Shown piece by piece: positions 38,601-46,705 of a DNA stretch of 64,000 nt. A program made the position numbers and the translations under genes. Every line of letters starts with the position of its first letter. Position 1 is the stretch's first letter. The stretch comes from Macrostomum lignano (Eukaryota): positions 59,484 through 123,483 of the forward strand of contig NIVC01000801.1 of the NCBI GenBank assembly GCA_002269645.1, read 5' to 3'. The notes below the pieces were generated by a model. The model made no database searches and had not been told where the DNA came from. It saw only the letters and a program-made list of their open reading frames with translations.

Positions 38601-40231
38601 GCCGTAGGCATCATGATTTGATGTTTTGCCGTGACTCTCCTGTGTGGATCAAATATCATTGCTTCATCTGCCGCGCTGGTCGCTTTCGCTCTGACCCAGC
38701 ATGCACTTTCAGGCTGGATGATGACATCTTGCTGTAAGGTAACTTTTGGTAGTACTCGAATCTGGTTAATCAGTGGTTGCTCCACCGTGTCAATCCTAAA
38801 CGTTTGCTTGTTGAAGTCGAAGGTCAATGGTAGTCGAAGCTGCTTGAACGTGTCGATTCCAACAATGACGTCTTGGTTTGGTAGTTTGTCGATGATGTAC
38901 GTCGGGACCGTCAGATGTTTATTAGCAATTTTCAAGTCGATATCTGCTTTTCCTAGGATATTGAGTGAATGTCCTCCTGCTCCTGCAACTGCGATTGCTG
39001 CTGGTCGTACCGCGAGTCGTAGCTTGTTGCATAATTGTTGCGAGATGACGGTGATAGAGCTGCCTGAATCCAGTAGTGCTCGACATGGCAAGTTGTTGAC
39101 AATGACCTGAGCCATTGCCTTGCCAATCTCAGCGTGTAGCGTGCAGACGTAGTTTTCTGGCCATTTCGGCTCGTGTTGATCCTGCTGATAGCCAGGTGGC
39201 TGCATTCTCGGTGCTGTTGGTGTTGTCGGAATCGATGGATACATTCGCGTTGATGGTGTCGGCTGTCCTTGAGTTTCTTGACGTGCATCCTCTGTCAATT
39301 CCAAGTTGTTGTCTTCTTCCCTTGGTATCTTCTGCATGATGGCGTTCACTGTTCGTTTCGCTGTGGGACAAGTGTTGCTGAAGCATCGTACTATCGACGA
39401 GATGATAAAGATTGCCGTAACTACCCATACAACACAGGCACTGTAGAAGATGAAGCCTTGATATAGGCTGCCTCTTCCGTTAAGCAGCTCTAAAAAGCTG
39501 TTGGTCCAAAACGATTGGATGGCGTTGTCCATAGACACTAGGACCGGGAAACTGCCTGTGCCTGTTCCTTTATTCTTTCGTGTGAAGAGTTGACGAATCA
39601 TCTTCCGTTGAGTGATGAACGCTTGCAAGAAGTCGTTGATGGTCCATCCGGGTGTTATCTCATCGAGTTGGATATCGGCGAATGGCGTGTACTTCGTTCT
39701 GTTAAACCGTATCTTCAGATCGTCCATATCGTACGTTTCATCGACAATCACTTCTGGTTCCGTGATATTCGCTGTCGTTCCTGTCGTTTTAATGACGTGT
39801 AGTGCATCGTCCAGTTGATAGTAGTTTGCTGCAGTGGTGCAGGGTCTTGGTATGGCTGTGCCAACGATGATGTTGTGTACCGTGTCCAAGAATCCTTGTA
39901 TTCTTTTGCCTTCGTAGAATGCTTCAATTCTCGGCTTGTCGTAGCAAGTTGTTGAAGTGTTCGACGGCAAGATGTTGAAGTGCTGTATCGGCGTGCACTT
40001 GTATATCAGGAGATGTCCATATATCGGAATTGCCAGAACCTCTCTCATTCCCGTGATCTTGCGAAATGTCATCGTAGGGTTGACATAGTAGTTCTGTCTT
40101 GCGTAGTTCAAGTTGATTGCGTGCATTTTGCAAGTTAGCTGAACCAGTGACCGATGTAAGTGGTTAAGCTGGTTATGCAGGTTGTGATCCAGCGCCGTGA
40201 TCTTTGCTGACAGCAGTCGGTTTGACACCAA
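35606..40231 (-). CDS. pol: Env C-terminal half (ectodomain, TM, tail) fused in frame to Pol (aspartic protease, RT, RNase H, integrase)
   Basis: TM ~39457-39389; LLDSGS at 39070; YSSPCLLV, RLVCDFR, YVDD at 37819-37808; TDASGTGLGAVL; HDNPLAGH..C..C; DITGP, SDNGSQF, VERFH; GPY; terminal YNLRPR. The frame is open upstream to ~40309. Confidence 0.95.
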   Translation of the reverse strand: MVSNRLLSAKITALDHNLHNQLNHLHRSLVQLTCKMHAINLNYARQNYYVNPTMTFRKITGMREVLAIPIYGHLLIYKCTPIQHFNILPSNTSTTCYDKPRIEAFYEGKRIQGFLDTVHNIIVGTAIPRPCTTAANYYQLDDALHVIKTTGTTANITEPEVIVDETYDMDDLKIRFNRTKYTPFADIQLDEITPGWTINDFLQAFITQRKMIRQLFTRKNKGTGTGSFPVLVSMDNAIQSFWTNSFLELLNGRGSLYQGFIFYSACVVWVVTAIFIISSIVRCFSNTCPTAKRTVNAIMQKIPREEDNNLELTEDARQETQGQPTPSTRMYPSIPTTPTAPRMQPPGYQQDQHEPKWPENYVCTLHAEIGKAMAQVIVNNLPCRALLDSGSSITVISQQLCNKLRLAVRPAAIAVAGAGGHSLNILGKADIDLKIANKHLTVPTYIIDKLPNQDVIVGIDTFKQLRLPLTFDFNKQTFRIDTVEQPLINQIRVLPKVTLQQDVIIQPESACWVRAKATSAADEAMIFDPHRRVTAKHQIMMPTALVLVAKDKQLPVQIFNPNAEMVHLRQGMCIGHLNTQASVMLIEHTTPRLTEEEFQKKINLDDSPITEQQKKKVRQLLWKYNEAFCHHDYDIGRAKDIKQEIKLLPHTEPIQCKPYPIAKHLQQHFDEIIDKMLKHGIISKAISAYSSPCLLVQKKETNERRLVCDFRLLNKYIPTDQQSLPKISELLAKLNTAKLFTVFDLRHGFWQIEIEKESRQYTAFKTYNGQVYEYNRSPMGLSNSPATMSRLTAYMLAGCTNLLHYVDDILAYGEDFQRLYEATEKALALIQRQGLKLQPTKCKFFRDNVRYLGHQVTAKGISPDPDNVEKVKKFPTPTSITKVQSFLGLAQYFRKFLPNFAKTAKPLYDLLKFDKWKRENWTQKQQESFDEIKRQLTSDALLQHPDFDKPFIIETDASGTGLGAVLLQETEDKKERPIAYVSRALKPNETKWSATERELLGVLFALRQFHYYIYGSPIPTIVRTDHAPLTYVVTTKGQTNNRLIRMTLKIQDYNYKLVYKPGITNKAADALSRAYEVNAIHPIPNIKELVDETEHDNFYIAVKNNDKDIKLSPVERKFLRKQRQHLTINKSRLYWMSDNKPRIYMPYSFRQAILNELHDNPLAGHLSAAKTIARVEQYYFWPSMHGDIKQYCNNCHSCAASKTGRRQKPQLQSIPKSTTMDCLSIDITGPLPPSCLHGIAYTYILTALDIFSKFAIAIPIPDITAQTVAMGFFNDIICKYGTTKNLTSDNGSQFTSQLFQQVVKILNITQIYTSTYNPKANMVERFHRNLHEMITHFAHQQPDDWIIYLQAVTMAYNSAIHRSTDNTPFFLMFGRDFQPPNLLAQQLLPSQYVEVPTSIQKFVTQLHLAWKVAKHNIDNQVALTTGTDTRSTTLTAGDIVYLHYPPQQTHKHAQKYKGPYRVVQLTSPTTARLANVQDPHQHQFYVHIHRLKKINTDTATFLPSLDNADRTRSTNRHIATKHEETQTTNESQPHGYNLRPR

Positions 40232-40284
40232 TCGTGGACGTACTATGTCGCGTCGTTGTCTCTCTTGTTGCTGATATGTTCCGT

Positions 40285-41772
40285 TTATGATTGCCGGAAG
40301 GTTTGTTTGTCACCATCCTTCACGTAGACTGGTATTTCTTGTTCTGAAATGAATAGCGTCTTGTCCGTATCTTTGCATTTGAGTTCCTGTTCGACCGGCT
40401 TCTTTTGAAACGTCAAGGCCAAGTCTCCTGCTTTTGCCAAAAATGTATTCGACAGTAGTCCTCCTTCCACTGTGTGATACTTTTGAAGCTTGCAGTCAAT
40501 TTCCGGCTCTACTTCCCATGCGAAGTAATATTGTCGTGCCTTGTACGGTTCCTCATAGTGTGAGTGTGCTCTGTGCTCAATCTGCCATCGATAGTTTTGA
40601 TGATATGTTGGACTTAGTGGTAGACTGTGTAATTCTTCCTTCCGTAGAATTGGTGTTGGACACCATCCTTCACTGTATCGACATTCGCTTAGTTGCAGCT
40701 GTAGCGATTCCATTTTCTCGTATGGATTGTAGTAGAATGGAATATTTCTGATCAAGTAGCTGTTGCGTGCCACATATTCTTTCCATTTTCCGAAGAAGTG
40801 AATGTATCGACCGTTGGCTGAATTCTTTGTTCTGAACAGCTGTGCGTTGCCGACCTTCTCATCTGGTTCCAGTTCACCATCCTTTGAAAACAGTGTTTGG
40901 TTCCATTGTAGGCATTCCGCGTGCGACACATGTAGCTCATGTTGTTTAAATCGGATCCGATTCCATTGTCCGCGCCAAACTTTTTCCACTAGGTGCTTGT
41001 CTCTGAAGCACACTATTCCGTGTTGTCGATGCTTTTTGATGTTAGCCTTGTAGAGATCGAGTGTAATCTTCTTTGGCTTCGTCTGGTTTGTCTTGAAGTA
41101 GCTGCATTTGATGTCGGTTGGTATCTTGTAGATCATCGGTTGGATATGCGCATCCGTTGGACAGATCATTGGTTTTTCCGTTGCCGTTGCTTTGGCGACT
41201 ACTGCTATCAGTAGTATCATGATGATCCAGAATAGCCAGTTTTTCCACTTCTTGGACCTTGCCGTTGTCTTTGCTGGCATTGGCTGCGATCGCCATTCGT
41301 TGTCTTCCATGTCCGCATCGTATTCTTTCGGTTGCTCTATTGGCTGTTTCAGGCGGAAGGGTTCTGATTCGCTTTGCTTTTTGGTTATTTCAGTATCTTC
41401 GTCTGCCGCTTCTTCTGATGTTTCAGTTGTTTCACTCCATTGCGTTTGGTATTTTCTCTCTGTCTTGTAGTCGACTGTTTGAATGTAGGCTTCACCATTT
41501 CGTTTGTATCGGATCTCGTAGCATTCGTCGCTGTCGGAACTCGGCTTTTCTTTCCTCTGTTCTTTTTCCATGTCTTCATCTTTCCATTGTATTTCGTAGC
41601 CTTGATCGCTGTCGGAACTTAGATTTTCCGCTCTCAGTTCTTCCTGCATTCCTTCTTCGGTTCGGTATCCGTTCGTGTCATCGCGCACCTCGCAGTCGTG
41701 ATCGTTGCCGTAACTCATACATTCTTCTTCTTTTATTTCTTTGTCTTTCATGCTTATTTTGTCGTCATCCAC
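40285..41772 (-). CDS. Acidic spacer, internal signal sequence and N-terminal half of a class III-like viral fusion glycoprotein
   Basis: Hydrophobic WLFWIIMILLIAVV (~41238-41191), then a Cys-containing ectodomain (PMICPT, GIVC, VSHAEC, ECRYSEGWC, DCKL, ISEQ) with NQT sequons. Confidence 0.7.
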   Translation of the reverse strand: MDDDKISMKDKEIKEEECMSYGNDHDCEVRDDTNGYRTEEGMQEELRAENLSSDSDQGYEIQWKDEDMEKEQRKEKPSSDSDECYEIRYKRNGEAYIQTVDYKTERKYQTQWSETTETSEEAADEDTEITKKQSESEPFRLKQPIEQPKEYDADMEDNEWRSQPMPAKTTARSKKWKNWLFWIIMILLIAVVAKATATEKPMICPTDAHIQPMIYKIPTDIKCSYFKTNQTKPKKITLDLYKANIKKHRQHGIVCFRDKHLVEKVWRGQWNRIRFKQHELHVSHAECLQWNQTLFSKDGELEPDEKVGNAQLFRTKNSANGRYIHFFGKWKEYVARNSYLIRNIPFYYNPYEKMESLQLQLSECRYSEGWCPTPILRKEELHSLPLSPTYHQNYRWQIEHRAHSHYEEPYKARQYYFAWEVEPEIDCKLQKYHTVEGGLLSNTFLAKAGDLALTFQKKPVEQELKCKDTDKTLFISEQEIPVYVKDGDKQTFRQS

Positions 41773-41977
41773 TGTTGTCGATTCATAGTTGTTCTCTTCG
41801 TCGGTCCCCCTCTTTTCTTCGTTGCCGGTATCGCTCTCCGCCTCCTCCCTTTTTTGTGATTTACTTTCTTCCTGTTTTCTCTGCTGTCTCCGGTGGTCTC
41901 TTTTAATTCGATCATTTCGGTTTCATTTGCCTCTTCTGTCTTGTCAGTGTTGTCCTCGTGCGTTGTCTTCTTTTCGA

Positions 41978-43066
41978 TCAAGCTGATGTCATTTCCAAGT
42001 CGTCAATTGTGAACACTTGCTGTTCTTGCTGCTCATTTTCCGGTGTGTACGTGATGGCATTCGCGTATCGTGGCATTGCTTGCGTTGGCTGTCTTTGTGT
42101 GTACCTGGCGTTGCGTGGCCTGTAGCTATTATTTCTGAAGCGGCCGTCATTTCCGAAGCGGCCATCATTTCCGGAGCGGTCATTATTTCCGAAGCGTCTA
42201 TCATTTCCGAAGCGTCTCATGCCTTGTTGTTGGCGACTTTGATACTGCTGCCATGGTTTCTGCGGCTTTTGATTGTTAAATGTCTGTCGCGGCTTGTCGT
42301 ATCTTGTTGACCAATGAGGACAATTAATCTGATAATGTCCTTCTTGTCCGCAGTAGTAACATCTGGCGGAGGCTTGTTCATTTCGTCTTTTTTGTTCGGC
42401 GATAGCAGCTGTCTGGTGCTGCATTAACTTGTTTAATTGCTGCGTCAGTTTCTGCACTTCATTGTTGCCTGTCGTCATTAATGGGGCACTGGCTTCCCAT
42501 TGCATTCCGCACCGCAAAAGGTCTTCTTCGGTTTCGATATTTTCACGCAAAAGTCTATCCCGAAGTGACGGCTGTGCGTTGTTTATTACGTGCAGGATGA
42601 GGTTTTGTTCGCGATCCATCAATCGTTGTCTTTCTCTGGCGGCCAATTCTGCCGCTCCCAGTGGCGGTTGGTCCGCAGCTTGCAGCGGTGGCTGATGCAG
42701 TGCTTTAATTATCTGGCGGATATCGTCCACAAAGGCGAGGAAGGATTCCGTTGCTTGCATCCTTCTGTTATGTAACTTGTGCAGCAGCACTGATCTGTTT
42801 GTGCCGCAACGGTTGAAATGCGCGCGCAGTTGAATGATTAGTGCTGGATAATTTTGCTGTGTTGCCGCGTCCAGCTTGCCGTAAATTTCTCGCGCAGTAC
42901 CTTGGAGAAGAGGTGGCAGCAGCTGTGCCTTCTCTGGATTTTGTAGGTTGTATTCCCTACATACCAGGTCGAAATGGTCGACAAATGTGTTAAAATCTTT
43001 CTCCATCGCGAAGGTATCGACCGTTTCTTTGATGTCTCTGTGTACCGTTGGATTGCGCCGCGCCAT
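41978..43066 (-). CDS. gag: Gag (capsid-like region plus CCHC nucleocapsid knuckle)
   Basis: DFNTFVDHFDLVC...LLQGTAREIY; CYYCGQEGHYQINC; RFGND repeats. Confidence 0.9.
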   Translation of the reverse strand: MARRNPTVHRDIKETVDTFAMEKDFNTFVDHFDLVCREYNLQNPEKAQLLPPLLQGTAREIYGKLDAATQQNYPALIIQLRAHFNRCGTNRSVLLHKLHNRRMQATESFLAFVDDIRQIIKALHQPPLQAADQPPLGAAELAARERQRLMDREQNLILHVINNAQPSLRDRLLRENIETEEDLLRCGMQWEASAPLMTTGNNEVQKLTQQLNKLMQHQTAAIAEQKRRNEQASARCYYCGQEGHYQINCPHWSTRYDKPRQTFNNQKPQKPWQQYQSRQQQGMRRFGNDRRFGNNDRSGNDGRFGNDGRFRNNSYRPRNARYTQRQPTQAMPRYANAITYTPENEQQEQQVFTIDDLEMTSA

Positions 43067-43761
43067 GTTGTTGATAGGATAGAACGGTAGTTCAAGATCT
43101 GGATCGATTTGTAACGGATCGTCCAGTGTGGTGTTTGCCTCGGAATAAACTTCGACTGTAACGAATTGCCTTGTGGTGTCGATTTGTTATTCGCTGGCCT
43201 CGAATGCGGTGTGGCTTGCTGCCACTGGTTGTCCTCAAATGAACTTGTTCTGTTCGCTTGCTGATTTCGCACTTATGCGGCGTCCCGCAAAGTGTATCTT
43301 CAAGTTGAAGTGGACTTTGTCTTCTTGCTTTGCAAAGGCTTTTTTCTCTTCTTTGACTTTCCTTCTTTTGTCAATTAACTCCGCTCTCCACGAAGTTTCA
43401 ATTAATTTCGGTTTTGTTTTAGTTTTTGTGCCGATAAAATGTTTCAGTTATTTTTTTGTTTGTTTTGCTTCGACGATTCTTTTATTTTCGGTTTGTTTTC
43501 AGTGTACCGATGAAGTTAATTTCGGTTTATTTTAAACTCACACTTGCTCGAGCTCGTTAAAACAAAAATTTACACGCGTGCTCAGACTGTACTCAAAATT
43601 GACAGGTGCTCAAACCTGTACACCAAAATTTTTACTCGAGTTTCAAAACGTTCGGACTTCAAAAGTGTTAACTCTAACACGTGCGCGCAAAATTAATGAA
43701 GTCGCTCTTTCGTCACGTTACAATAGCTTGATCAGGGCTATTGCTCAAAGTTTGAGTAGTG

Positions 43762-43781
43762 CCGAGAGGGCGAGATCACCA
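43762..43781 (-). other. Putative primer-binding site
   Basis: TGGTGATCTCGCCCTCTCGG begins 2 nt inside the 5' LTR boundary; the cognate tRNA was not identified. Confidence 0.55.
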
Positions 43782-43783
43782 AT

Positions 43784-44839
43784 TGATGTGTTCCTTATTA
43801 CCAGTCCTCAACTGTAATCAAGGAACAATCACTTCTAGCTCTGTAGCTAGGCAACCCAGTAATCAAATGAAGGTATTCAATTACCTTGATCCGGATTCCT
43901 TGATATCGTTCTTGAGTCGTTCGGTTCTGTAGATCTCTTAGACTTTTAGACGTCTTCAGATGTCGATCGGGTCCGAGTTTCCTTTTCTCTCCTTTCGAAG
44001 TATTTCCGGCCGGTATCTGTAGTGCGGACCAATGGGAAGCTTCCAAATTAACAATGGGTACCCTGCGCCAAATCTGCGGTTTAATATAAGCCTACTCCTT
44101 CTAGCAGTGCCTCTATGCACTCTAGGTATAGCTCCGGAAACCACTGATAGTCTTCTAAGACCTATCAGGGGCAGTCCTTCTGGAGACTGCAACCAGTGGA
44201 GTCTAAACAGACTCAAGAGTCTCAACAGACTCAAATAAACTCAAGTCTCAATAGACTTGAGCGAGACGTCTCAACCAACGGGCGCAAATGAGTAAGGCTT
44301 ACCGCAAGAACTCGTCCACGACGCGAGTTTCTTCAGGAAGGCTTCACTAGAGCTTCCTCTTCGGAGCTTCTCTCTCTTGGAGATTTCTTGGCTCCGGGTC
44401 CGTTCCGGACCACTTGTATTTATAGGCAAATGGACCCCCATGAGGTCACGTGAGTCCAACTCTTCAGCTGTCAAAAAGGTCACGGTTTGGTTGCTGTCAA
44501 ACTTGGCAGGGTAGAAAGTTATTCCATTGGTTCAGTGTAAAAGCGCGTGATTGGTCATTGCATTCGAGTTATTTTTAGTTACATTTGATTGGGTCACGTG
44601 CGTACAGTTGAATGATGCATCTTTCCTGGGGTTTGCGTTTGACAAGTACAGGTTACACGTGATTGGGTGATTTCTAAATTTAACATGCACAAGGTCTCTC
44701 TCTTCCTATTGGTTAGTCAGAATAAACTTATAATTCAAAGCATACCTTTATTCATGCTCTTCAACTTACTACTGAATAAAATGTATGAGTAGTACATTAA
44801 CACTTTTATGTCTTCTTACGGGAGGTAGAACACTCTACA
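43784..44839 (-). repeat. 5' LTR (1056 bp)
   Basis: TGTAGAG...ACATCA on the - strand, flanked by TSD. Confidence 0.97.
44417..44712 (-). promoter_or_regulatory. LTR U3 promoter: TATA box with upstream CCAAT boxes and CACGTG E-boxes
   Basis: TATAAATA at 44424-44417; CCAAT (- strand) at 44526, 44550, 44588, 44662, 44708; CACGTG at 44447, 44595, 44656. Confidence 0.55.
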
Positions 44840-45795
44840 TAATTTTGCTTGCAGTAATTTTCCATAGTCGTAAATGTGTCTTGAAGTTCGTCTTTGTTTT
44901 TAGCTAGAATGGCTTGATCGTCTGCAAAGAGTAGGATGAGTGGGAAAGCAGATCTCGTAAGAGCGCCTAGTGCTAGAGAGTTCAAGATATTCAACAATGT
45001 CGTCAATATATAGTGCAAAAAAGAAGGTAGAGAGGGTTGCCTTGAAGAACACCTTTAGATATTGGGATTGGCTGGGTTTCATCATCATCATCATCTTTTT
45101 TTAGAATGAAGCATGCAGGCATTTTTATGCATGTTCTTGATAAGTTCCGTCATTATATTTGACCTTTAATACCCTGGTTATCCGTTTTGTGCCAAAGGGT
45201 CGGTTGATTAAGCTATCGAAGGCTTTTTCATAGTCAACAAATCCAATAAAGAGTTCTTCTTTGTTGTAGATGGATTGGTTAATAATGTTGTAAAGATTAA
45301 AACATTGGTCAATTGTACTGTGATTGGGCTTGAAACCGTATTGGTATTTTGATATAAGATTGTTTGCGTATGCTAGGTTTTCGAGTCTGGATTTAATAAT
45401 TTGGCAAAAGAGCTTGCCAAGAATTGGTTGAATGCAGATTCCTCTGTAATTGTTGGGGTCGGCACTGCTGCCTTTGTTGTTATAAATCGGATGAAGTTTA
45501 TTTGTTATCCAACTAGTTGGGAAGGTTCCTTGTTTGAGTGCTTCGTTGAAAAGTGAGCATAGGAGGTCAGCAAGTTCGTTCTCGAGGTATTTGAGTGTTT
45601 CTACATATACTTTATCGTGCCCAGGTGCTTTGTCAGTTTTGAGCTTTTTAATATGTTTTATAACTTCTTCTTTGGTGAATGGGGCATTGAAAACCTCTAA
45701 ATCAGCCAGAATAGGGTTGTCAAGGTGAAGATTGTATGATAGTCTAATGCTGCTGTCTTGTTCAGTTACAAGATTTTGAAAGTGTATGACGAACG
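44840..45795 (-). mobile_element. LINE 5' half (RT N-terminal domains, 5'-truncated, frameshifted)
   Basis: - strand reads KAPGHDK, NYRGICI..ILGKLF, QYGFKP, FVDYEKAFDS, GVLQG, LYIDDI, LFADD. It rejoins the 3' half in frame (MENYCKQNYLKVN) once the LTR element and one TSD copy are removed. Confidence 0.9.
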
Positions 45796-46705
45796 TAGCA
45801 AGGAGTTATTTTGGCAATTGTAAAATTTACGTACTGGCAAGCTATGTTTTTAGCTATAAGTTATTGAATTTTTTAAACAGTTTTTGAGTAGAATTAGACA
45901 ACGATAACGAAATTTACAATAGATAAAAAAGTACCTTACTTGTTTTAAAAATTGTTATAACAGCTGATTGTTTTCATAGAACATTCAAAATTTTAATTTC
46001 GAAGGTTTTTATTATGACGGTGCTTTTTTATGAGTAAGTGACTGTGAGATTGAGGCAACTGATTTTTCAATACTTAGGACATTCAAATATTCTGTAATCA
46101 TATTCATAGATGATATAGATAAGATGTTTAGAAATAACAAAAATCCTGCTTTCATAGCTCGGAACGCTTAGTTTACTATTTAAAGCCGAAATATTCTAGC
46201 GCCCAGGCCTACAGAAAGGAAATCACGCGCGTGATGAATCATAAATAGCTTTAAAAATTTGTGTTTGCAGTTAACTAAAAAGTTTTTATAATTTGCAAAA
46301 ACTGATGTTTCCCTTATTTTCAAAATATATTGAATTGATATAATGATATTCGAGTTCAAGTACTTTCGCTTGCTTCTACTAGTACTATATAATATAATCT
46401 ACCTAGTGCTGAAAAATTGCATGCAGGACTTCAGTCAGTTATATATGAATGATTATAATGTCATAGCTACTTTTCTTTATTATAAAATACAAAATAGGCC
46501 TATAGTATGGCCTTGCTAGCATTGGCTGTTTTATAGAATAGCCTAGTGGCTATAGTGTTACCCATACCATAGACATAGTCAGGAAGATAGCATTTTTCAC
46601 GGAAAATTCTGGCACAAAAGGAGGTTAGACGTGTGCCACATTGGCACTAGCGCATTTTGCTACAAGTTTGCAAGGGAGAAAAATCTAGCATAATATGGGT
46701 ATAGT

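Larger units (their letters stand above)
34008..44839 (-). mobile_element. Ty3/gypsy LTR retroelement with env-like gene between gag and pol
   Basis: LTRs 34008-35063 and 43784-44839 (TG...CA on the - strand), TSD TAAT at 34004-34007 and 44840-44843, domain order PR-RT-RH-IN. Confidence 0.97.

Noticed and set aside
40288-42002. Canonical programmed -1 frameshift signals
   Set aside because: No in-frame X XXY YYZ heptamer was found in any of the three overlap windows
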